Source of the DNA: an uncultured Methanosarcinales archaeon
GTDB lineage: Archaea; Nanobdellota; Nanobdellia; Woesearchaeales; CAZPJY01
Direction of reading: 5' to 3'
DNA length: 64,000 bases
Assembly (NCBI GenBank): GCA_964587045.1
Contig: CAZPJY010000005.1
Location: forward strand, 183-64,182
Shown: positions 39,253 through 48,589 of the stretch, piece by piece
Layout of the letters: each line of letters opens with the position of its first letter
Position numbering within the stretch: the stretch's first letter is position 1
Made by a program: the position numbers and the translations under genes
Notes under the pieces: generated by a model
Database searches by the model: none
What the model was told of the DNA's origin: nothing
What the model saw: the letters and a program-made list of their open reading frames with translations, nothing else

Positions 39253-40474
39253 TGTCCTCTTTTAGGACTATCCTAACCAGGCTTTTAATCTCTTCGGTTA
39301 TCCCAGTGTCGTCCAGGTCGCGCGTCGCGAGCCTGCCTCTCTCGTTCTCTATCCTGTCGGCGAGGAGGTTCCGCTTCTCCTTGAGGGCTGTCAGCTTCTC
39401 CTCAGCCTGCAGCGATGACATCTGCTTCCTCAGCTCGTCTGCTTCCGAGCGCTGGGCGATGAGCTTGTCCCTGATCCCTTCCAGGGTCTTACTGGTGAGC
39501 CCGGCGACGGCCGCTTCGGCTTTGTCCTTTTGCCTGTCCTTTAGGCTTATCTTGTGCAGGGTGGTGCCAAGGCGCTGCAGCTCTTCTGCTATCTCCATAT
39601 CCTGGTCGTCTAGGAGGGCTCGGGTGAAGTCCTCGAGGTAGGAGTTGACCAGCTTCTCCTTCATGGATGTGCGGGCGAACTTGCGCAAGGGGCGCTCTAT
39701 CGGGGCGAATAGGGTGAACAGCCTCTGCTCAGTCGCCTTCCTTGCGCCTTCTGCCAGCTCGATGTCGTGGAGGAGCTGGTTGTGCCTCTTCATTTCAGGA
39801 CCGCTCTGGGCCTCTTTTACCTGCTTTTCCAGCTGCTTGAGCTCCTTTTCAAGGGAAGCGATGAGCCTCTTTTGGTCTGAGAGCCTCTTGTTCTGCTGTT
39901 TTCGCTCACGCCTGAGCGCCTCAAGATCGTCTATCCGGTCAGCCAGGGTGTCTGCTTGGAGGATCCTGAACCTCTGGGCTGCCTCCTTTATTGCCTTGAC
40001 CACCTTGTCTATCTGCTTTATGGATTCGCTCACATCTTTCGACTCGTGGGCTAGGAACTCCTGTAGCACGAAGTACGATCTCGCCGAGGACTTGCTCATG
40101 ACGTTGACGTGGTAGTCGTAGTCCTTGACGAAGGCGAGCACGCGATCCTTGCCTTTGATCCCTTTGGGTGAGATGCGGTCCAGGAATGCGTTGATGGTGT
40201 TGACGTACCCCTTCCTGTTGCCTTCCATGATCTGCTTGGCGCGCATCTCGATTTTTGGGTTGCGCAGCTCGGCATGATTGAGGGCTTCGAGGGCTTTCCT
40301 GCACGAAAGGATCGCTTCCCTCAGGCGTTCCATGTGCTCCCTTGTCTCTTCTTCGAAGGCTGCGATGTGCTCTGTTAGCCTCTCCCTGGCCCAGGAGGCC
40401 AGGTCCTGTGCGCTCACTTCTAAGGGCTCCTTGGGCTCCGGGGTGGAGAACAGCTCCTTGAGACGTTTGAACAT
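39221..40474 (-). CDS. coiled-coil protein
   Basis: 417 aa, long heptad-like E/K/R/L-rich stretches. Confidence 0.5.
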   Translation of the reverse strand: MFKRLKELFSTPEPKEPLEVSAQDLASWARERLTEHIAAFEEETREHMERLREAILSCRKALEALNHAELRNPKIEMRAKQIMEGNRKGYVNTINAFLDRISPKGIKGKDRVLAFVKDYDYHVNVMSKSSARSYFVLQEFLAHESKDVSESIKQIDKVVKAIKEAAQRFRILQADTLADRIDDLEALRRERKQQNKRLSDQKRLIASLEKELKQLEKQVKEAQSGPEMKRHNQLLHDIELAEGARKATEQRLFTLFAPIERPLRKFARTSMKEKLVNSYLEDFTRALLDDQDMEIAEELQRLGTTLHKISLKDRQKDKAEAAVAGLTSKTLEGIRDKLIAQRSEADELRKQMSSLQAEEKLTALKEKRNLLADRIENERGRLATRDLDDTGITEEIKSLVRIVLKEDITVGTSSQGQ

Positions 40475-40524
40475 GGCTTATCCGGAGGCTGGCCGTTTTT
40501 ATATGCTTTGTGGTAGATTAATAT

Positions 40525-40848
40525 ATGAGCCTGTCAACCCTTCCTGCCATGTCAAGGCGTAACAAAGAGGAGGAGCGCGCAATCGCCAGGAGGCGCATAG
40601 CGACGCTCTTTGAGCAGGCCCAGATGTCGGGCGATGAGGCCCTCTCCAGACGCTATGTGGTGATGGCAAGGAGGATCTCCACCAAGTACAGGGTGAGGAT
40701 ACCTCCCCAGTTCAGGAGGCGTTACTGCCGCTCCTGTAACGCTTTCTGGGTGCCTTCCAAGACTGTGAGGGTGCGGATCACAGGGTCCAAGGTCGTGTAT
40801 TCGTGCCTGTCCTGCGGGGCCAAGGCAAGGCTGCAGCTCAGGCGGTAG
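40525..40848 (+). CDS. rnp4: ribonuclease P protein component 4 (Rpp21/RNP4)
   Basis: ERAIARRRIATLFEQA...RRYCRSCNAFWVP...VYSCLSCG zinc-ribbon, matches archaeal Rpp21 architecture; TATA tttttatatg at ~-25. Confidence 0.75.
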   Translation: MSLSTLPAMSRRNKEEERAIARRRIATLFEQAQMSGDEALSRRYVVMARRISTKYRVRIPPQFRRRYCRSCNAFWVPSKTVRVRITGSKVVYSCLSCGAKARLQLRR

Positions 40849-41337
40849 GGCATTCCCGATTTCGGTATACACAAATGTATACTTTAACTACTCTAGAGTG
40901 ATAATAAAATCGAAAATTATATATAGGAGCTTCTATATTAAATAGGATATTCACTACTTTACAGTGGACCAAATCGTCGGGTGTGCAATTGACGGGGCCA
41001 AAAGTCCCGGACGTGAGATTAATGAGCGAGCTGACTGAAAGACTTCACAATCAAAGATTATTCTACAGTATGGCCTGCTATGACCCAAATGAGGAGTACT
41101 CTCCAGGATACTCCATCGTCGAGCCGGCCAGTCTCCAAAAAAAAGAGGTGGCATCCAGAATGCAGGTGATAAATGGTGCCCAGAAAGAGGAGATCGAAGA
41201 CCAACACAACGTTTTTCCTGGATATCAACGAGGGTAACGACGGGAAGAAATGGAAGCGCGTTGACAAATCCAAGGACCCGTTGATGTTCCTCTGATGTCC
41301 TGGAACTTTTTTTTCTTTTCTCCCAACATTTATTAAC

Positions 41338-41604
41338 ATGATTCTATTCCCAACGCCAATGGAGATTGACCTTGAGCTGGACCGTATAATATCGGGGATC
41401 AAAGAGAAGAAGGCGAAGAGAGTCATGCTCCAGCTCCCCGACGGCCTCAAGGCGAGAGCGGGCGACCTCGCGGACGAGATCGCAAGGGAGACCGGCGCGG
41501 AGGTCCTGATATGGGCGGGCTCAAACTACGGCGCGTGCGACCTGGCGCCGGCAGCGGAGGGCGTCGACCTCCTCGTGCACTTCGGTCACTCCGAGTGGCG
41601 CTAG
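41338..41604 (+). pseudogene. dph2: truncated dph2 (2-(3-amino-3-carboxypropyl)histidine synthase) N-terminal fragment, 88 codons
   Basis: LELDRIISGIKEKKAKRVMLQLPDGLK...AGSNYGACDLAPAAEGVDLLVHFGHSEW aligns with the first ~85 aa of archaeal Dph2, then stop. Remaining ~250 aa are absent in all frames; a minus-strand gene starts at 41601. Confidence 0.6.
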
Positions 41605-41984
41605 GGATGCTTGTAGAACTTCTCGATGAGCTGGTAGTCTGCCAGGTCCTTCTGCGTCTTCCTCTTCAGCTTGAACATTGCGACGTACTTGATGGGGACA
41701 TACGGGTGGCCGTCGATGATCTCCGCAGCTTCGATGAGATCGTCGGCAGACATCGTTGGGAGGGCAGAATCCCTCATTACCTCAAGATGGCCCCTGGCCA
41801 GCTTGCCAGCTTCTAGCGAGAAGTCCGGCCTGGCCTTGAGCCTATCCCACACGTCCTGTCTCACCATGATGTCCAGGTCCTTGTTCTCGCGCAGGCCGGC
41901 GACAGCCATCACAGCAGACCCTGTGAGCACGTAGTCTCCAACGCTCAGTTCCAGGTCCTCAAGCTCATCGAGGTATCTTATCAT
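41601..41984 (-). CDS. minimal nucleotidyltransferase (Pol-beta superfamily)
   Basis: GSAVMAVAGLRENKDLDIMV (GS...DxD) signature; 127 aa; ATGA overlap with upstream gene. Confidence 0.6.
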   Translation of the reverse strand: MIRYLDELEDLELSVGDYVLTGSAVMAVAGLRENKDLDIMVRQDVWDRLKARPDFSLEAGKLARGHLEVMRDSALPTMSADDLIEAAEIIDGHPYVPIKYVAMFKLKRKTQKDLADYQLIEKFYKHP

Positions 41985-42517
41985 TGCAGCCGCCTCGCGT
42001 AATGCGCCATGAAGGACTTGTCGCTGATGCTCACGTTGACCGCGGGCAGCACGACGTTGGCTTCCTTATCCCTTTCCTCGATGGTCTCGGCCGCCATCGT
42101 CCTTATCTGCATCAGGTTGCCAGAACCGATCAGCTCCCTCAAGTCCTTACTGCCGTACTTCCCCTTCCAGAGCCTATGCTCGAGCCTGCTTATCACACCT
42201 TTGGGCTTGAACCCTACGAGGTAGCAGCGGTGCGGCCCGCCGTTCAGCATCACGTCGTTTTGGTAGAAGCTTTGAATGGACAACGATAGCTGGCCTTCCG
42301 GAGGATTCATTGACCTGTATGGCGTGACCCCCGCCCCGGCGTTGGCTCCACACATAGAGGTGATCCAATCGTGGTAGTAAGCCATCGCCCACTCGTAAGA
42401 TGCCTGGTCGCCTGCGCGCTTCCTGGCCTCGCCGTAGTTCCTTATCACGTCGATCTTCGCCTGGTCGAAGCCGACTCCGCCGATGAAATCCTCGAGGAAC
42501 TCGTCGATGCCCTTCAT
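41981..42517 (-). CDS. hypothetical protein co-transcribed between pfk and the NTase
   Basis: 178 aa; 4-nt overlaps on both sides. Confidence 0.5.
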   Translation of the reverse strand: MKGIDEFLEDFIGGVGFDQAKIDVIRNYGEARKRAGDQASYEWAMAYYHDWITSMCGANAGAGVTPYRSMNPPEGQLSLSIQSFYQNDVMLNGGPHRCYLVGFKPKGVISRLEHRLWKGKYGSKDLRELIGSGNLMQIRTMAAETIEERDKEANVVLPAVNVSISDKSFMAHYARRLQ

Positions 42518-43650
42518 TTTCCCCCACCTTCCATCGTGTCGATACCGTCGCGCTCTGAGGTGTTGAGGACATTGTGCCGCACGCCGTTGTACAGCACCTT
42601 GTCATAGGTCTGCTCCACGTTGACCAGCTTGTATCCCTTCATCACCTCGCTGAGGTCGACGTGAGTGAATCCGCCCTCGAGCCATGATGCCATGCGTCCG
42701 GTCATGCCCTCATGTATCAGGTCCACCGCCGCGATCCCGAACAGGCGGGCCATGCGCTTGTCCCGCGCGTTCGGGGGCCCTCCCCTGACCAGATGGCCGG
42801 GGACATTAACCCTTACTGTGAGGTCGGTGCGCTCCTTTATCATGGCGCCGACCTTCTCTCCAATGCCCTTCAGGGTCTCGTGCCCGAATGCGTCCTTCTC
42901 CTTGCTCTCGGTCGAGAGCTCCCCCCCTATAGGCTTTGCGCCCTCGCTCACGACGACGATTGAGTAGTCTATCCCCTTGTGCTCCCTTACCATCAGGAGT
43001 TCCGCCACCTTGTCGGTCTCGAAGTCCACCTCAGGGATGAGTATGATGTAGGCCCCGCCTGCGATGCCGCCCGAAAGCGCGAGGTGGCCCGCGTGCCTTC
43101 CCATCACCTCGATCACGTATATCATGTCGTGCGATCCGCCGCAGGTCCTGAGGCGGTTGATCGCCTCGTCGACGCGGTCGACCGCGGTCTCGAATCCTAT
43201 GGTGTAGTCAGTACCCACCAGGTCGCGGTCGATGGTCTTGGGGATCCCTACGACAGGCAGCCCTTTCCCGTAGAGCTTGGCGGCTGCGCCGAGCGTGTCC
43301 TCGCCGCCAATGGCCACGATGTAGTCCAGTCCCAAAAGGTCAGCGTTCTTGAGAGTTATGTCAGAAAGGTCCTTCCCGTCGACGTTGAACGGGTTGTACC
43401 TGTCCGTCTTGAGGAGGGTGCCGCCAGAGCGGTCCCAGGTCCGCACTTTTTGTTCTGTCAGGATGCCCTCGACGTTCCTGCTGTTGTCAGCCCCGTAGGA
43501 TAAATCGTATTCTGTGAGGCCACGCCATCCGTACTTGAGGCCAACCACATCGTAGTCACCCCTAAATGTCGCTGCCTTCACTATCCACTTGATCGCGGAG
43601 TTAAGTCCTGGCGCGTCTCCTCCGCCGGTCAGTACCCCTATCCTTTTCAT
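42514..43650 (-). CDS. pfk: 6-phosphofructokinase, PFK-A family (ATP- or PPi-dependent)
   Basis: RIGVLTGGGDAPGLNSAI, GGEDTLG, MGRHAGH motifs. Confidence 0.85.
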   Translation of the reverse strand: MKRIGVLTGGGDAPGLNSAIKWIVKAATFRGDYDVVGLKYGWRGLTEYDLSYGADNSRNVEGILTEQKVRTWDRSGGTLLKTDRYNPFNVDGKDLSDITLKNADLLGLDYIVAIGGEDTLGAAAKLYGKGLPVVGIPKTIDRDLVGTDYTIGFETAVDRVDEAINRLRTCGGSHDMIYVIEVMGRHAGHLALSGGIAGGAYIILIPEVDFETDKVAELLMVREHKGIDYSIVVVSEGAKPIGGELSTESKEKDAFGHETLKGIGEKVGAMIKERTDLTVRVNVPGHLVRGGPPNARDKRMARLFGIAAVDLIHEGMTGRMASWLEGGFTHVDLSEVMKGYKLVNVEQTYDKVLYNGVRHNVLNTSERDGIDTMEGGGK

Positions 43651-43707
43651 GTTGAATCACCTGCGTCCGACGGAAGACAGCTTATTCTTAAAGCTTTCTG
43701 GGTCACC

Positions 43708-43717
43708 CTTAAATATT
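43708..43717 (+). promoter_or_regulatory. TATA box (cttaaatatt) 23-32 nt upstream of ATG 43740
   Basis: read directly. Confidence 0.35.
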
Positions 43718-43739
43718 CCCTGTTGCTGAAAGCCGTCTC

Positions 43740-44345
43740 ATGGGCGATTTGGTGATACTGGCGAAGTACCCGTTCCCCGGCGAGGTCAAGACGCGGCTCG
43801 CAGCTGACATAGGGGAGCGGAAGGCTGCCCGGTTCGCGAAGGCCATGCTCGACGACATGGTCGGCGTGGCCTCAGGGGTCTGCGAAGTGACGATAGCTGC
43901 CAGCAGGGGGGAGGCCCACCTTTTCAGGCAGGCGTACGACTGCAACGTCTGCGCCACCCCCAGGGGCAGCCTGCTCAGCAAGATATTCTATTCTGTCAGG
44001 GACAGGTATGTCAAGGGTGCTCAGGCTGTGGTCGCGATCACTGCCGACGTCGTCGTGAACGCAGACGAGATACGCGACTGGTTCTCGGTTCTCGAGGGTG
44101 GCGGCGTGCTGCTCGGCCCGACCTTCGACAACCTGTTCTACCTCATAGGCCTGGGCAGGAGGGGGGATGTCTTGGCCGACTCGGTATACAGGTCCATCAA
44201 GCGCGCGGGAATCCACATCCTAATGGACCGCCCGGGCATACACCTGGCTGCGAAGAAGCGCGACATCGACAGGCTCGACGACCTTTTAAGGACAGAGTTC
44301 CCCCCTGACTACCGTCGGACCCGGGAGTTGGTGAATCACTTGTAG
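43740..44345 (+). CDS. DUF2064/CofC-like nucleotidyltransferase-fold protein (TIGR04282-like, as I recall often associated with radical SAM/SelD-like clusters)
   Basis: MGDLVILAKYPFPGEVKTRLAADIG N-terminus characteristic of DUF2064. Confidence 0.55.
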   Translation: MGDLVILAKYPFPGEVKTRLAADIGERKAARFAKAMLDDMVGVASGVCEVTIAASRGEAHLFRQAYDCNVCATPRGSLLSKIFYSVRDRYVKGAQAVVAITADVVVNADEIRDWFSVLEGGGVLLGPTFDNLFYLIGLGRRGDVLADSVYRSIKRAGIHILMDRPGIHLAAKKRDIDRLDDLLRTEFPPDYRRTRELVNHL

Positions 44346-44605
44346 TAGTTCAGAACGCGCTCGATGATGATCGGCTTCTCCTCAGGGGTCACGAATCTGA
44401 CCTCGTAGGGCCTTTCCGGATCCAGCCAAGGGTGGCCCATGTAGCTTTCCAGCAGGCCTTCGAGCACGGAGCGCTTGTCCTCTCTGCCCCGGATATCCTC
44501 TGCGTACCTTGCAATGCAGAAGAATCCCGAGAAGTTGGCAGCGAGGCTCGAGCATTCCGCAGGGTACGCGCACTGCTCATCGCCCGGTTTGCACGATTTT
44601 GCCAT
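44336..44605 (-). CDS. small Cys-containing hypothetical protein
   Basis: 89 aa; CKPGDEQCAYPAEC. Confidence 0.35.
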   Translation of the reverse strand: MAKSCKPGDEQCAYPAECSSLAANFSGFFCIARYAEDIRGREDKRSVLEGLLESYMGHPWLDPERPYEVRFVTPEEKPIIIERVLNYYK

Positions 44606-44650
44606 TCTGTTAACGGAATGAAGGAGGGTATTTAATTGTTGTGACAGAAA

Positions 44651-45454
44651 TCAGCTTACGAAACCGTGCAGGATGTCAGATGGGTCCAGGAGGTCGAAAT
44701 CCTCGGCTCCGGGGTAGCCGACCTTACGCGCGTATTCCCACTCGAAGAGCACAGGCAGGCAGCTCCATTTCTTGCCTTCGATCTCGGAGGTGCAGTACGA
44801 GAGCGGCTCACGTATCACTGCCGCGTCGGGGAAGGCCTCCCTTATCCTCTTCTCCACTTGCTCGATCGGGCCTTGGTGGAGCTTGCAGCCCTGGCCCCTG
44901 CAGATGATGTTGTTGGTGGGCGTGCCGTCCTCCTGGACGTGGACGTCCTCGTCGTCGATGAGCATGCCTGTCACGGCGACCTGTCCGTCCTTCTCACAAA
45001 GCGCGTAAGCCCTCTTGGTGGCAGGCATGGATTCGAGCAGCTGCCTTGCCGCGCACTTCACGCCCCTCTTCTCCATCATTACCTCGTCTTCGTACCCGAT
45101 CCAGTGCAGGGACGTCCTCGGCTTCAGGCGCTCGTCGAACAGCCCCCTTGCGCTGGTCTTGTCCCTCACGCGGATGGGCTGCTTGAATAATGAGAGGGCC
45201 TTGTCCAGGTAGTCGATGCAGTACTCGTCAGAATACGGAGTGACGCATGCTATTACGTTTCCGTCGCTGCCGCATATACCAAATGAGAGGAATTCGTCGT
45301 ATACGAGGAGCGTGAACTGTGGTTCTCCCCTCTTCATGATCCCGAGCTCGCTCCTGAAGTCCTCAGACTGGGCGAGCGCACGGGTCCCGGCCAGATCATC
45401 CATCAGCGTGATCTCGACCTTCTCCTCCAATCTCAACTGCTCGTGGGTCATCAT
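44651..45454 (-). CDS. hypothetical Cys-rich protein
   Basis: 267 aa; TATA ttatatttaag 21-31 nt upstream. Confidence 0.45.
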   Translation of the reverse strand: MMTHEQLRLEEKVEITLMDDLAGTRALAQSEDFRSELGIMKRGEPQFTLLVYDEFLSFGICGSDGNVIACVTPYSDEYCIDYLDKALSLFKQPIRVRDKTSARGLFDERLKPRTSLHWIGYEDEVMMEKRGVKCAARQLLESMPATKRAYALCEKDGQVAVTGMLIDDEDVHVQEDGTPTNNIICRGQGCKLHQGPIEQVEKRIREAFPDAAVIREPLSYCTSEIEGKKWSCLPVLFEWEYARKVGYPGAEDFDLLDPSDILHGFVS

Positions 45455-45549
45455 CAGCCCTCACGGCGAAGAGGTTATATTTAAGCCTGGCCGAAACGCA
45501 TAATAATAACCTCCCCACTGGTTGCCCAAACCATAGTGAGGGGGTTATC

Positions 45550-46887
45550 TTGGACAGACTGCAAAGCATACTCAAGGATTACGATCTCAAGCTGGGCGAC
45601 CTCAGCAAAGAGTACCCAGACATCGTCGACGCGATCAAGACACGCGAGGAGGAGGGCAAGAAGATCAACCCCATCAAGCGTGCGCTCGTCCTGAGAGGGA
45701 CGCTCTTCAAGGACGGCGCGGTGCTGCTGGCCGACTTCACTGGGACGTTGCAGGGTAAGGACACCTCGAAGGTGATCGACACTCAGCCCCTCATCGGCAC
45801 CAGCTACAACCCCTTCAGGGCCAAGGTCAACGTCAAGGACTTGGACCCGATAGCCGCCGAGGCCTACAGCAAGAGGCTGCTCGACATAAGGCGCATGGAC
45901 GACGCGGCCATCGAGGAGCACGTGAAGCGTCAGGAGTTCGACTTTCCCCTGTGGTTCAAGCACCATCCTGACTTCTCGATGGGCAAGATCACTCACTTCA
46001 ACATGCCTTTCATCCTCCAGGTAGCGGGGTGCAACTTCCATGACGGCTCGGAGAGGGGAGGGTGCTGGTACTGCTTCGTCGACGACAAGTCAAACGACGG
46101 CAGGCCCGGCGAGGGCAAGGCTTACGCTGTGCCTGGCCAGGTTATCGACAGCATGGAGATGGCGCGGGGTAAGGTCAAGAAGATCTACGCCGAATTCAAG
46201 GGCGGCGAGTTCGCGGACTATCCAATGGACCTGCGCGTTCTCCGCGTATCTGGAGGCGAGCCTACAATAACCCTGGACTGGGTGCTGGAGGTGTGGAGGG
46301 AGATCGAATTGAAGGGCCTCGACTTCGTCGGACAGATCGACAGCAACCTCTCGACGGCCCAGGTGGTTGACAGTTTCGAAAGGGAGGGCATCTACGAAGA
46401 CAGCACTCTCGAGAAGCTGGCCTCGTTTCGGGCCGGCGGCCTTTCCAGGATAAAGGTGCTGACCGCTCTGAAGGGAACTGACAACGAAAACCTCGCTTCC
46501 AACGTCCAGTCCAACGCGACGATCGAGGACCAGCTCTACTCCATCACCAAATTCCTCAGGGCGGGCTTGGACATCTATCCCCAGATGTACAACCCAAACC
46601 CCCGGAGCCTGACTGAGTACCTGCATGCGATGGACGGCAAGATTAGGGACTTCTCGCTGCGCGTCCACGTGGGGCCGCTCAAGATGTACGGCCCAAACGA
46701 GTACCGCCTGCGCGTCGAGGCCAGGAGGCTGCACGTCGACGAGGACCGCTTCGTGGACTTCCACGGCAAGCTTTGGGACCTCACGTACGAGTACGGCTGC
46801 TCTGTCGTCGACAACTACCTCCGTGACGCTCACGGGGTCGGCTACAAGGACGCCGTCAGGAGCGACGTCGGGCTGAAGCTGCTCTAA
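45550..46887 (+). CDS. radical SAM-like enzyme with non-canonical Cx10Cx2C cluster motif; TTG start with GAGGGGG SD
   Basis: QVAGCNFHDGSERGGCWYCF plus glycine-rich SAM motif LRVSGGEPTI; 445 aa. Confidence 0.5.
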   Translation: MDRLQSILKDYDLKLGDLSKEYPDIVDAIKTREEEGKKINPIKRALVLRGTLFKDGAVLLADFTGTLQGKDTSKVIDTQPLIGTSYNPFRAKVNVKDLDPIAAEAYSKRLLDIRRMDDAAIEEHVKRQEFDFPLWFKHHPDFSMGKITHFNMPFILQVAGCNFHDGSERGGCWYCFVDDKSNDGRPGEGKAYAVPGQVIDSMEMARGKVKKIYAEFKGGEFADYPMDLRVLRVSGGEPTITLDWVLEVWREIELKGLDFVGQIDSNLSTAQVVDSFEREGIYEDSTLEKLASFRAGGLSRIKVLTALKGTDNENLASNVQSNATIEDQLYSITKFLRAGLDIYPQMYNPNPRSLTEYLHAMDGKIRDFSLRVHVGPLKMYGPNEYRLRVEARRLHVDEDRFVDFHGKLWDLTYEYGCSVVDNYLRDAHGVGYKDAVRSDVGLKLL

Positions 46888-47417
46888 CGGGCGGACTGGA
46901 GCCAACTGTCAAGAAGTCTGTGGAACTCGAGGGTGGTTTGGAGCTGCTCTTGGCCGTAGCATCTGTTGTTCCTGATGTACTCTATCCTCTGCTTCCTGGT
47001 CTCATGCACTACCTCATCCAATGGCCGTACTGCAAGAGTTGTGTCTGACGATCCGTCCCAGTCGTTGACATTGAATCCCAATTTTTCTAGTGGAGGATCC
47101 CAAGTCGCGTCGAGAAGCACCCATCCCCCCGAGATGTTAGCTTTGCATGCCAGGTGGTAGGCTAGGGGCATCCTCTCCGCGTGTTCAAGTAGGGTTCTGG
47201 GATAGTTGATGTCAAGCTCTTTCCATCTGAATGGGTAGGTCACCAGTAGGGTGCTCATTCCTTCTGATTCAAGGAGATCGCAGAGGTAGTAATGCTTGGC
47301 TGTGCACGAGCCCTTGTTACCCCTGAGCATCCTCGCAACCCGGTCGTCTTCCCTATCACCGGGTAAGGGTCCGAATGGGATGTCCCTAACTGTTTGGAAG
47401 GAGGTAATTAGGTCCAT
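46884..47417 (-). CDS. transglutaminase-like (Cys-His-Asp) domain protein
   Basis: GSCTAKHYYLCDLL ... ~45 aa ... AYHLACKAN ... GGWVLLDATW fits the TGase-like core spacing. Confidence 0.5.
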   Translation of the reverse strand: MDLITSFQTVRDIPFGPLPGDREDDRVARMLRGNKGSCTAKHYYLCDLLESEGMSTLLVTYPFRWKELDINYPRTLLEHAERMPLAYHLACKANISGGWVLLDATWDPPLEKLGFNVNDWDGSSDTTLAVRPLDEVVHETRKQRIEYIRNNRCYGQEQLQTTLEFHRLLDSWLQSAR

Positions 47418-47536
47418 GACGTGAGGGAGTCAGAAAGAAAATTTAAGGCTTTAGGATGAAAGATTTCCGAGAAATTACCGAAAAGTATTTAATAATCCCC
47501 TTTTTGTAACCACTTAATAGTGAAAAAAGTGATACC

Positions 47537-48589
47537 ATGCTACAATCATTCGACGAGGCAAGAAGGCTCTCAGACAGCTATGAGATCCCCTTATCCGACA
47601 TCCTATGTACAGACCTGAATATCACAGGGATAAGCCTGGCAAACCCCAAAGCCATGCAAAGGACCCGCTTCTCGATGAACCTCGATAACGAAAACTTATT
47701 CTTCGCAGTGACTGTAAACAGGAGGAGCGACTACAAGCACACAGGCGACTCAGTCTGGTTCAAGGAGATATTACTTGGGATGGCTAGCGACCCTGAGAAC
47801 GACACCTGCGACGACACATATTTCCGCAAGTCAGGCAAGGTGCTGACCCTGAACTCCAACAAGAAGAGCGCATGTTCGGGTTGTAAGTTCTGTGGTACCT
47901 ACAACCTCGACAAGGCAGAAGAACCGCTGACTACCAAGCCAGCGCTCACAAGAAAGATAGAGAGTCTGCTTTCAGAGAGCCGCAAGGATAACATGTCTGA
48001 TCTGGAAGCGATTGGTGTGGTCACGGGATGTTTCCCTGGCGAAGAAGAGGCTGTAGAACACCTCCTCATGGTCAGGGACGCCTTTGAGCCTTTCGGCTTC
48101 AAAGGTGAAGTGATTTACATAGGATCCCAGATAAGGAGAGAGGAATCGTTGGACGCCCTTGTTTCATCAGGACCCTTCGGTCTCTATCTCACTGTGGAAT
48201 GTTTCACGAGGAGGGAGCAGCTGATGAATCCTAAGAAAGCATCGCTTACCCTTGAGAGAGGGCGTGAGCTCCTGGATCTTGCGAAGGGCAAGGGTATCAA
48301 TACAACTTTCCTCTATATACTCGGACTCGACCCCATCGAATCTATCTTCGACGAGATTCCCGAGTACCTTCCAGTAGTCACCAGGCACCCAATAATAAAT
48401 GTCATGCAGGCCTACGTGCCGGAGCAGGAGGCGCTCCGCCATCCCTCTGCGACGAAGATTGAGTACTACCTGGAATCGAGGGGGCTTATCGAGATACTCT
48501 TCTGCAGCTCGAGCCTAGTCCCCAGGAGATGGGAAAACTACCGCAGTCCGTGGGTCACTAAATATGGAGGTAGGGTCCTTGATATATAA
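47537..48589 (+). CDS. radical SAM-like (TIM-barrel-type) protein with Cx2Cx2C motif
   Basis: NKKSACSGCKFCGTYN; downstream pattern GEVIYIGSQIRREESLDALVSSGPFGLYLTVECF...GINTTFLYILGLDP resembles radical-SAM barrel strands. Confidence 0.45.
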   Translation: MLQSFDEARRLSDSYEIPLSDILCTDLNITGISLANPKAMQRTRFSMNLDNENLFFAVTVNRRSDYKHTGDSVWFKEILLGMASDPENDTCDDTYFRKSGKVLTLNSNKKSACSGCKFCGTYNLDKAEEPLTTKPALTRKIESLLSESRKDNMSDLEAIGVVTGCFPGEEEAVEHLLMVRDAFEPFGFKGEVIYIGSQIRREESLDALVSSGPFGLYLTVECFTRREQLMNPKKASLTLERGRELLDLAKGKGINTTFLYILGLDPIESIFDEIPEYLPVVTRHPIINVMQAYVPEQEALRHPSATKIEYYLESRGLIEILFCSSSLVPRRWENYRSPWVTKYGGRVLDI

